From Amoebophrya sp. A120 (Eukaryota > Protista > Dinoflagellata), in the NCBI GenBank assembly GCA_905178155.1, contig CAJINV010000013.1, forward strand, positions 1,926,281 through 1,990,280: 64,000 nucleotides of DNA, given 5' to 3'. The position numbers were made by a program, and so were the translations under genes. The notes under the pieces are model-generated. The model searched no databases. It worked only from the letters and a program-made list of their open reading frames with translations, and had not been told where the DNA came from. Positions 49,501 to 60,900 of the stretch are shown in pieces. Every line of letters starts with the position of its first letter. Within the stretch, counting starts at the first letter, position 1.

Positions 49501-50589
49501 CGCGGACACGGCGGTGACTGTCCACACACCGCCAATGAGCCAGACACTAATGAACCTTTTGGTGCTGGTTTACCTGCACTTGGCGGTACTTCTACAAATG
49601 GAAAGTTTTGTGATGTGTAAGCGTAAACCTAAAAAACCCGTTAACTATGGCACTGTATTTTTGAAATGCAGATCATGAAGAAGCTGCCTCTCTTTCTACT
49701 TCTAGTACTTGTCATAAAGAAAAGTCGTGCCAGACGATGACGATGCAAAGGAAAATCAACAAAACGACTACGACAAACTAAAACTCCACAACTTGTTCAG
49801 TCTCACCTGATCCAGTATGGGATGACCGTTTACCGCCAAGTCATGACGCATATCAAATGCAAAAATGTCTGGGTCTGGAGGAAGAATGCAAGATTTGTCA
49901 TGCATATTTCTCATGACCCATGATGCCTGTAATGCATGACCTACCAGCGCAGACTTTTAGAGGGCTTCCTGATACACCTTCCGCATGAGAAATGCCCTGT
50001 TCGTGTAGCGCAAATTGTATCCCTCATCTTGCTGGTCATCGTCATGCAATACAAATTTTTTCAGAATCCAAAAACAGCTTGACAAGTAGTTGCAATCCTC
50101 CAGACCCAGACATTTTTGCAGTTGATAACGCAGACCCAGAAGCAAATTCCTGACAAGACCGAGCAGATGCACAAGATGATTACACGGTGGCTGGACCACG
50201 CCAAATCCACCATTCTCTTCATCCCGATGATTGCCGTTTTCGAGCTGCAGCTCTCCATGCGGGCCCGGCAAATGACGTTCAACCAGACCGATGACTACCC
50301 GACCAACGGCGACTGGAAGATCCCGGTCTCCATGTGCGAGTGGATCGTCACCGCGACTATCTGCGCCCTGTTTTTCTCGGTGCCCTTTATCGTCACGCGG
50401 GCCGGACCCTCCGCAGGAAACATGACGGGGGCAAAAGCCTACGCGGTGTCTTTTTTCCGTGGCGTCATGACCATTGTTCTGTACGTGGGGGTGGGATTGT
50501 GCGTGTTAGCCATGTTCGACCCCGGTGTTTCGCTGAAAAATGTGGACACCACGGGCGGCGTGCAGCGGAGGGTGGCATCTTCCGGGTGA
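46578..50589 (+). CDS. Multi-pass membrane protein with three internal repeats (P(M/V)(L/I)....(L)..R.R..Q motif)
   Basis: Repeats PMLAILFLATRIRCQQ, PVLCALILASRMRALQ, PMIAVFELQLSMRARQ; GT-AG introns 48014-48174, 48896-49070, 49586-49800 and introners 48206, 49288, 49851. Confidence 0.78.
48206..48404. mobile_element. TIR introner (decayed)
   Basis: TACGGAAGAG / CTCTTCCATA; flanks CTGCC/CCTGC; removing the element plus 5 nt restores frame. Confidence 0.68.
49288..49446. mobile_element. TIR introner
   Basis: TATCCTGTGTAAAAGTATC / GATACTTTTGCAAAGCATA; TSD GGTCT/AGTCT; removal gives SAV|YASILG. Confidence 0.82.
49851..50127. mobile_element. TIR introner family A
   Basis: TSD ACGCA; ~29-bp TIR; removal gives QVMT|QTQKQ. 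Confidence 0.9.
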
Positions 50590-52227
50590 CCAATTTCTTA
50601 TCGCAGTGCTGAGAGGAAAAGGCCGGAGTGACTAGGTCCTTGTTATGACCACTGTCGCTCATGAGGAAGCGCCGAGTGTCGTGTGTGTTTCATAGTGAAG
50701 CTCCTTAGCATAATTTTTTTCAATTGTACGAATAATACCAAAAAGGTGGACGACCGAGTACTTGAATGATACTGGTGCGTCAACAGTTTTGAAATTCAAT
50801 ATGCTTGGTTCAGACGTCACACAAGGGAGAAGGCCTCCTTCGCTTCAAACTTGTTGCAGACGGTAAACCACTTATCTTTTACCATGTTTCAGTCACGTGA
50901 ACTACAAGAACAGTTCCCAGGTAATTAAAACAACGTCGAGTAGGCAAGATATCAATACACAAAATACTGAATGATTTTGATTGCAACTACGATAACGATT
51001 AATAGTAACGATGCTCCTACACCTACGACTCACTTTGCAAATTTTTCTTGAATTTATCTCGGGCACCAGCGACACAGCTTGACTACGAAGTAGCGAGATG
51101 TTGTTGACTCATACCACCACGCTGAAAGAGGTACCGAATAGATGTGGAGTCAAAGATGATGAACCAGAAGCGAGTTATCGAACAGAATGAAGCATAGTGC
51201 TCCTCTCGCTTCACGGAAGAACAAAAACTACTCACGTTGATGAAATTCAGACGACACATCAGTAACGACCAGTTTTTTCCCTGTATCAAAAGTCTTTTGA
51301 TGATCAAGAAGCGGAGGTTTCTGAAGGTGCAACGAGTTGTGCCATGTGTACTAGTACTCGTCTGCAACAAAATTCGCTTGGTTTGCAGTTTCCTTCAGGC
51401 CCATGCGACGCATGATAAGAATGTCTTCATCTACTCCATTGATGTTCGAGATCGGAAACCCAGAGGACAGAGAAGCAAAGCGAAGCTGAGCTCCACCCAA
51501 ATACGACAAGAAATCTTCAAAGATCCCCAAATTGGCCAAATGTCAACGCAGCTCTACTTCAAAGTTGGAATAAAGGGTGCAAGTTCAATCAAAGTCATTT
51601 CATAGCCGGGGTGTCAGTTGTCTAGGCGCAAAATCCGATCCTTTGTTCTGTGACAACGTGATGATATTGTAATTTCCACGACTTCCAGCAAAAAGCAGTA
51701 AATAAGTGTGAAGATAAAAAATCCACAAAAGTGACTTTCAGTAGCGTAGGACTTCTACCACATTTTACTAGAAGTCGCATTTATTGTGTGGAAATCTTCG
51801 ACGTAATAGCGGATTTATTTCAGTTTATGTAAAGCAGACGAGACATTGTAGTCGTACTATCCACCACCCGTGTGTATCATCTCCTGCTATTTTCAGCCAG
51901 GCTCAGCAACAATTTGTCTCCGTTTGTTTGTCTCCTTTCCAGCCGACACCAACAACTCCCCCCCATCACTCAAGCGAACAAGCCTCCCACTGTCTTTCAT
52001 CCTTTCCGCGGTGATATTTTTGGTTTTGTATGTTGAAACCGGTGATGTTGATGACCTTGTTGACTCCATCGATTTATTCGTGCCTTATATCATCCCCACT
52101 TGTCAATCTCTATTTGTGATCCTCGTAGAACTCGAAGCTGACAACTTTTTCGGCACTTGTTCTATAGCGTAGAAAGCGCCGAGCTGCCGCTGCCCGAGTT
52201 AGAAGTACTACAACTACTTTTTGAAAA

Positions 52228-53912
52228 ATGCCCGCGAAACCGAAGACTAAGGAGTGGGATCCCAACCTGCTCCCGCTTATCAAGACGGTCTTGGGAAAAA
52301 AGGGAATCGAACAGCGACAAGCGGCGGAGGCAGACAGAAAAAAAGTCGATTATTTCAGAGGAAAAGACTTTACGGACTGGCTACTCAAAAATGATACAGG
52401 TAGAAAGATTTAAATTTGTGCTATCAACGTCAGGTTAGGATTCTCTTGCATAATGGCCATACGTTTGTTTTTCAATTTCATCGGTTATGCACGACCTCAC
52501 CTGAAAAATCGTTTATATCAAATTCCAGTTACGAAGCGTCGCTGCCCAAAAGCGCTCGACGAGTATCTTTCCGGGAAGGGCGTCGCGGACGAAGAGGATG
52601 TTGCCGTGCTTGGACAAGCCCTGCTCGACAAGGGCTTCATTGCTTCCGCGGTGTACGCCCCACTGATCGAAAAGAAGGAGGAAACGGCGTCGGACCGCAA
52701 GAAGAAGAAGTGGCCGGACCGCCTGAAAAGGCAGAACTTAAAGTTCGACACGCAGGGCTTTTACATCGTGGTCTGGGAGGGCAGCCACGGCTTCCGCTAC
52801 TTGATGCTCAGTCTCATGGTCACCTGCATCGTCGCAGGAACCTTGTTCCCGGTATAATTTGTTTTCAAAACAACTTCTATGTTGACCTGGGGGGAAGATT
52901 TCTCCTGAACCTGATTCGTTCCCCACTTCCATGGTGAAAAAATACTTTGCATATTTTTGCTCGTGGTACAGCTGCAGTAGAAGCAGCATGTGCAAGAATC
53001 TTCCGACCGCCGTTTATTTCCCCTAATTATCACAGGTCTGGCCAATCTGGGCGCGTATTTTCGCTTGGTACATCGCTCTGGCCTTTTGTACGCTCTATTT
53101 CGTGATCGAGTTTGTGCGAAATACCTGCTTCGCCCTCGGTTGGATTGTCGGCGTGGATTTTTGGATTCTCCCGAATTTCAACGACGAGTACTGCAGTTTT
53201 GTGGACAGCTTCAAGCCGATTTACTCCTTCGAGAGACGGAAGGACACGATCACACTGCTGATCTCCCGGGCGGTGGTGCTTTTCATCACGGTCGCCTGCG
53301 TCGAGGAGTTGTCGAAGACGCACAGTATTTCCGACGTGACCGACTTCGTGAAGGGCAGCTACCAGGACATCATTGAGTGGGGCGAGAACAAGGCGCTGAT
53401 GCTGGAGGGCGGCGGGGAAAGGATGAAGCTCCCCTCGGTGGACGAGTTGCTGAAAGAGGAAGCGGAGGAGGCGGAAAGGGAAAAGACCAGCACCACCACC
53501 ACGGCGTCATCTTCCACTACCATGACCTCCGCCCTGGGGGCGGAGGACGAGGAGGAGGTGAAGGAGGAAGAGGAGGACGGCTATCGAATTTAAAAACGTC
53601 TCCACCCCATAGAAGTTGCAATGCAAATCTGCATGCTAAAAATGTTTCTCATGCGGAGCGAGCCCCATGAGAAGCGTTTTCTAGTCGTGTTTTGGAAGTT
53701 GTCATGCTCCTTTCAGCATGGTATACTAGGTTTGTGATGCTGCTCCGCTAGCTCAAACAGCACTACACTACCAGTCCAGATGTGTCATGCAAAACAGCCA
53801 AAATTTGTGGATTTGTCTAGCCGGTTCCCCATCTTGACTATGGGTTGGGGACGTTTTTACACAGGATAACGGCAGTCACTTCCTCACTGGGATGGATGTG
53901 GAAGAGAACTAG
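52228..53912 (+). CDS. SEC62: Translocation protein Sec62
   Basis: VDYFRGKDF, LFPVWP and FWILPNFND..CSFVDSFKPIYS motifs; GT-AG introns 52400-52528 and 52852-53035 plus introner 53582; stop 53910-53912. Confidence 0.88.
53582..53868. mobile_element. TIR introner
   Basis: TSD ACGGC; TIR TAAAAACGTCYCCAMCCCATAG; removal gives EDG|SHFLT. Confidence 0.88.
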
Positions 53913-55349
53913 ATCAGCCGTAGTACTTTGTAGTTCTTGATGCGGTACAACTCCGTCGTTGTGCACTAGTGCAAACGGACGCCTTGCACATCTACAGCTT
54001 CGGGTGAATAGGAATAGCAACACAGCTGGGGCTGCAGAGAAGGAAGGTGCCTCGACGTCGAAAGATGAAAATGAAGGAGACGACCGTGAACGAAGGAGCA
54101 TGATTTTTTTGAAGGACTCCTGGCTGTACGGAAGCAGAGAGGAAGGCCACTTCGACGCTCACACTGACTGGCTGATATTTAAAAAACACTCCATAAAAAC
54201 TCACAACATCGCAACGGGGCAGAACGAGCAGTCTACCTCCTCACATTCTCTTTCTCACCATGGTGCGCCAGCAAAATCTTCTGCAACATCCGAAATAAAG
54301 CAAAATCAAAAGACGACTATGGCCGACGTTTATCACTTCCACATCAAGATGAAGGCTGTACTATTTTTCCCACATATGGTCAAACATCACACTTTTTTGA
54401 CAACGAACTCCTCCCAGGAGTTGTGAATGCAAAATGCGCATTGCAACCGGAATGAACAATCATAGCGACCTCAGAGTAAAAAAGCAGTACCCACTGGCGA
54501 GAGGTTGCACTGAGGAGCTGTCAACATGATCACATAGGCTCTTCAACCCCCATGAGGATTTGAATTTTTCAAGCGATCGAAAAACGCAAACTAAGTAATC
54601 TGAAACAGCAAAATGATGCTTCGTTCAACGAGGAGGAAATTCATCATGGACGAGCTCTCATTTTCGCTGTTGAAGTTATTTCTGTTCATTGTCTACTTGT
54701 ATGTAAGAGCAGCTACGATGTTTCTCTGTTGCCAAAAGCATATGTCGGTGAGTCAAGTCAGTGGTACTGGTGCTATCTGTCATCGGTTCCGTTGACCTGC
54801 TACAAAAATGTCTTTCTGTGTGCAATGCAAAAAAAGAACAGTCCTCGGTAAGAGTCTTACACTATGGCATGTTCGGTATTGCTCCTGCGTCTGTGGTCCT
54901 GGTCTGTTTGAAAACCTGCATCGTCGGTTGTGAGCTGTCGGTCGGTGCTTCTCTGTCGCGTTTTCTCCGCACTTTAGTTCAAGTCTTACCATCATGTGGC
55001 CAAAAAGTATACGTAAGTATCGACTTATTTGAGCCATTTTTGATAATCATGGCCTTTTTCATATCTTTGTCCCGCCTACCCATCACTCAGGACGCCCGGT
55101 GCATTGGGCCGTTTATTCTTTCAATTTTGTATTCCCGCCTATCCCTATGTGACTTTTCTCTATTTTTACCCAAAATCGAAGAAGAGATGCGATTGCCTTC
55201 TGGCCTTCGGTCAATGAAATATTGTATGGATCATGTTTTGGACCACTATATGCATGAATTTGAATTCGGGGAGATCTACTGCATGTTGATGAACTTTTGA
55301 GTTTTTACTCGCACCGTAGAAGATCTGGAGCCCCTTTCATTTTGCAAGA

Positions 55350-57361
55350 ATGCGTAAAGGTGGGGCCGAAAGCGAGCAGACCACACGGTATGCGACCGGT
55401 GGCGCACCCAGTGACTTCAGTCAGTCCGACGCGGACTCGGCCTCCTCTGCGGACTACCTTCGGCCGAGTGCGACGCAGAGGGAACGAGACCGAGCGTTGG
55501 GTGCAGTAGAGCATCAACATGGTGGCCTCTTCGGCTCAGGAGAAGGAAGTAGTGCTGCGAGTGGTTCGACTTCCACACAACGACAACAACAAATCACCAC
55601 GGACTACTCAGGATCCAAACCCTTCCTCGGCCTTCCCACAAAGCGGCCGGAGGTGGGGTTTGGACTGCTAGTGGCCATCTTTTTTGGCGCGATCGTGCAA
55701 CTGCTGGGTTTCAACGCGCAACTCCTGGTCGCGCATTTTTTGGAAGCCAGCGTGTTCCCCTCCAGCAGCTGGGGGTCGCTGCAAACCTTCCCCTACTCCG
55801 GATCCGCGGTTCTCGGATCATTCATGTCGCTGTTTTGCCTGAACGCGATGCGCCTCAAGAATTCCCAGAAACAGAAGAAGCGCAGATCCGGGCAAGACCA
55901 CCGATCCGGCACGGGGGAGACGGAGCACCAGTCCAAAAGTCAACAGCCGAGCTTCTTCGCGACGCACTTGCTGAAATTCCACACCATGTTCCTCGCCAGT
56001 CTGGTCGTTTTGACGCTGAGCTACCAACCCTTGATGTCGCTCGCGATAAGTAACAAAACCATGTCCCTCGCGATCGTCAGTCTGTGTTTGAACGGGTTCG
56101 CGCAGACCATGCTGGCCGCCATCCTCACCTCCTTGTGCGCCGCGCTGGAAGACCCCCGGGCAATGGTGGCCTACAACCTGGGGAATGCGGCGGCGGCCTG
56201 GCCCAACGCGATTTTTGGCATCACGTTTGTGTCGCAAACGGCTTTCCAGCCGTCGGTTGTATTCTCCCAGGTAATTTTTGCCGTGATCACGGGGCTCACC
56301 GTGGTCTACTACCTGTTCTACTGGACAACCCTGAAGCCCTACACGGACTCCACTATGGACAGCGTCAGTCCGGCGAACGAAAGTCGGGAAAGCCTGGCGA
56401 GTTTACAGGGCGACGAGGACGCCAGTATCGCTTCCGGAAGCTCCTCGCCGCTGCACTCCGCAAGATCCGCGGACAACAATTACGGGACCGCCGCGGCGAT
56501 TACCTCGCAGCAGATCGAGCTCGCGGGCCGGAAGGACGACTTCAAAACGCGGTCGTTCTGGCAAATTGTCACCTCCTCCTGGACGCTGGTGGCCGCGATG
56601 TTTTTGCAGTTTGTCGGCACCTTCATCGTGTTTCCCGGGGCCTTGCTGAAGTGGAAACCGGTGGAAAACACGTCGCTGACCTTGGAGCAGCAGTGGCAAG
56701 TTTTACTCGCGATTTTTACCGTGTTTGACACCGTCGGACGGTACACCCCCCGCCTGGTGGACATCCCGGCCCGGTTTTTGCTCTTGACCGTGTTCGCGCG
56801 CATCGCCGTCATGATCCCGGTCATGATCCTGATGACCTACCTCGCCGCCGGCCTGGCAGCGCAGATCATTGTGGTTATCGTGTTTGCGACGACGCAGGGA
56901 CACCTGACAACAAACATTTTCATCCGCAGCGGAGAGTACGCACTGGGGTACTTATCGAAATGCTTTTGCCTATAACTTTATGCTTGGACTTGTCTTGTCT
57001 TTTTCATGGAACCAGACAGAAGAGTTGGAGATGCCTCGGCCTCCAAAGCAATAATATTACAACAGAGCAAGAAGTGAAGAGATAGCTGAATTCGAATTCC
57101 AGGTTTCTTTATCAGCAGAGTGCTTCGTAGTTTTCTGATGGTGCTCTTGATATTGATGCCCGAAACATATTCCCAATAATCAAACTCAAATCTTTCAGGT
57201 ATCGAGAGCTTGCGGTGTTGGGGCCAGTGATGAATTCCGCCCTGATGATCGGCATTCTGATCGGGAGTTCGATTCAATTTGGCATGGCTTCCTGTTTGCC
57301 GAACCACAACACCTCGCCCACGGCGGCGGGTGGATCGCAGGGGGTGGCTTTTGCCCCGTGA
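55350..57361 (+). CDS. Equilibrative nucleoside transporter (ENT family)
   Basis: About 11 hydrophobic segments, FVGTFIVFPG, FTVFDTVGRY, FATTQGHLT, C-terminal MNSALMIGILIGS after GT-AG intron 56948-57198. Confidence 0.85.
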
Positions 57362-57991
57362 AGGGGCTGATAAAATCGAAAATCACCGAGTGTTGCATGG
57401 CGAAAATGATTTGATGAAAAAGAAACAGTTTCATCTACCAACATCGAAACTTAATAAGCCAAAATTTTGTAGTATTTTGTCGTGTCGTGCTGCACGATTT
57501 CAGTTTTACAGCGTTATATATCCTTTTTTTTGATTTTGACTCACTTTTTTTGCTTTTCTTTTGCAGCTCTATTACTGCTTGTTCATGCCCATACTACACG
57601 AAGGGCTAGACATGCAAGGAGAAGCAGAGTACCGAAACCGTCGAGGTGAAACATCGAAAAACATGGACAACAAAAAACAAAACGATAACACTAGGAACGC
57701 TGTTGCACGAAGCACGCACCCACTTTATGTCACTGTTTTATAGCGACTGCGCACGCCAAGGCTTTATCTTCTTTTGATGAAGTACCCTATCCCTCGTGTT
57801 CTGCCTGTTATCAGTCGTGATAATTGTTGAAGACGATCCCGACCACGTCGTGTCGATGAAGTTGCTTTGTTGTGCGTGGTTTGTTCCCTCGTTGTTTATG
57901 TGATGTATCTTTGTTTCCCACCGGTCCGGTCGTCCAGTTCGTATTTAAAGCCAAAGGCTTAAAAAAAAACTCCAGCACAACTTCCTGCAGC

Positions 57992-60900
57992 ATGGGCGGA
58001 CCTGCGACCAGGCCAACACCTTCGTTGTTGGGCCGCGCTGCCCATAATTGCTTGGTGTTGTGGCAAACAAGGCTCCACTTCTTCCTTGCTACTTCCTTCC
58101 TGGTTTGTTCACACGTCGAAGATCATCTCCTCACGCGATCGTATGCCACGAAAATCCGGAAAGTTTCGGCCAAATCCTCGTCCTGGGGGCGGCGACCAAC
58201 GGCTCTGGCGGCTGGTTCTCTGCACTATCCCGCTCGCGCCATCACGGCAACAACTGGGACAACACCTGCCACCACGGGGCCGCAGATTGACGTGCAGCCG
58301 GTGAAGAAGAAGAAGAATAAGAACCAGCTTGCGGCCGGCACGAACAACCAGAACTACGACTTGTCTGCGCAGGCGGAGGCGGACGACAAACAGCCACCGT
58401 ACTTCGACTTTTTCGACGAGATTGCCTCGTTCATGAAGGTATCAACTGTAAAAATGTCTGGGTCTGGAAGAATTCATGTTTGTCATGCTTGTCTGGTATG
58501 ACTCTTAAGTCTGTCATGCACGTTACCCAAGACAGGTGCGTTCTTATGTGATCATGCAGAAACGCAGTTTGTCATGCAGAAAAAGCAACACCTAGAAACT
58601 TGTCATGCTGAGCCAGCACCACTTGTGGCTTCATCATGAGACGCCACCCAGCATCACAAGTTTCCAGACCCAGACATTTTTACATTTGATAGAAGGTGCG
58701 CGATTTGAAAGCTTTGAACGACGTGATCACGGTGTCCGTACAGGCTATGGCCTGCTCAAACGTTACAATCTCAAACGTTACAAAAGAATCTGGAATTTGT
58801 GTTGCTTATGACTATGAGCATGGCAGACTCGCAGACCACTCCACTTTCTGCAACACAAATTTCGGCAGATTGTAGTGCGGTTTGGGGCTCCGGAACTTGC
58901 CATGCGCAGTCCTATGAGACTTGGCTAGATCATGCACTCTTGCATCACAGATTTCCATATTCTATTGTAACGCTTGAGATTGTAACACCTGAGCAGGTTA
59001 TACAGGCAGCCGACAGTTTTTACACGAGTTCGCCCGAGTTTCTCCTTAACAATTACGCCGGGTTCACCACCGCAACGGTACCAGTAACTTCATCTCCACC
59101 GACCGCACAAAGTGAGCAAGTGCCGCTGCTAGACGGTGCTGCTGGAGCAGATGAGGATAGGTACTCCCACGACGAACCCACCCCCGGAACCGGAGACACT
59201 TCCGGCAGCCATTTCGCCTTCCGCAGTGCGTTCCATGTGCAGGTAAAACTAGACATGAAGATGGGGTGTTGATCCTGTTGTACTTCATTTTGGAATAGTG
59301 CTTTGGTTGCGCTGCAACCCTAGGCCGGGCTTTTTTTTCATGCGAATTCAATATTCAATTCCAATTGCAAGCACATCAACTACTTCCTTTTACATTTCCC
59401 AGGTCGGGTTCGACTCCTGGCGGAAGCTTTTCGGCGAAATCGGTTCGCAGATTCACGATGCCGTTTCCGAGCAGCTAAACGAGATGTGGGACCAGTTCGA
59501 GGAACAGGTGGATGTGATTGAGGACAAGTTCGACGATTTCACGGACGAAGTGCAAGAAAAATTTGGGGACTTCGTGGAAAACGTCGGCGACGTGGTCGAA
59601 GCGGTGCAAGACAAGTTCGAAGACTTTGGCGACAAGGTGGAAGACAAACTTGAGGACATGCAAGACCAAGTCGGAGACGCGATGGACGACATGGGAAGTA
59701 TCAATCGAAATTGCACTTATTAGAGAAACGGAGGAATTTTGTTGGAGCAGCATGCGCGATTTTGCATTTTCATGTTTTCACGCATCGGGAAAAATGATGC
59801 ACAGCACTCGTGCTTGTTTTGTATCTGTAGTGAAGATCTTGATTTTTTTCGATCCGCAGACATGATCGACGCAGATGAAGTAACAAGTTTGCATATAGAC
59901 CATATCCATGCGAGTAACTCTGTACAACTTGCGCGCCGTAACAGGTTGATCCTGTTTCGCATACGCTTTTCTGCATGATAACCAGTGCCGTGGGTTCGAT
60001 GAAGGACAAGGTCAGCGAGAGTTGGAAAGCAGGCGTAGACAAGCTGGACGATATGAAGGACGCGGTAAGAGCAAGAAAATTGGCATGCGTAATTGATTGC
60101 GTAGTACGTGGACGAGGAAAACTTTATTTTTACTGCACTCATTGATTTTGCTCAGAGTCAGAACGGCCATAAAGATAACGTCAACAACTTCCACGTCACC
60201 ACCTTTGGCTAATTATCCGCTCACGTACAAAACCTCTACACAGGCTGGCGACAAGCTCCACAATGCTACGAGCTGGTTCTCCGAGCACATCCCATTCTGG
60301 GGCGGCGGCGGCGGTGATGAAGATGATGAGGAGAAGAAAGCGGATGAGGAGGAAGACAAGCCCCCTGAAATAGAACAAGAGCCGCAGCACCCGCCTTCGC
60401 AAGCCGCCCTTGTGGCGGCCGGGTACAGTCTTCCCGGCTTCGCCGGTTACCACCCGGTTTACACGCCGTCTGATCCGCAGAATCCCTATCCTACCGGCGC
60501 CGCAGCGGCTCCACCTGTCGTAGTTCCTCCCCCGACCACTTTTTTGCAGCAGCCAATTGCAGCGTCGTCCGCCTCTAGTACTGCGACCACTGCCGCCGTC
60601 CCGCGCATTGTCCCTCCCGTGGCCATGACGAATCTCGGAAGGACGAATCTGAACCTCCAGCAGGGCGTTGCGGCCCAGATCCCCGGCAGTGCGGGCAGTG
60701 GGTTGCAGCTCCCGGGCAGCGCGCAGAGCATTGCAAGCAGTGCCGGCGGAGGATTTTCAGCAGGCCCCGTGGCAACTAATTTCCAGCAGCAGCCGACAGC
60801 CGCAGCTCCGCGGACTACTCGGTACTATGTTGTGAATGGGCAGTACATTCCGGCGGAACAGTACGAAGCACAACGCTCGGCCCGGGCTGCAACTGGACCT

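Noticed and set aside
58812-58918. Introner defined by a CTATGAG direct repeat
   Set aside because: Does not fit the TAT/ATA plus 5-bp rule; the enclosed sequence reads as plausible coding and a GT-AG intron ~58732-58834 explains the frame
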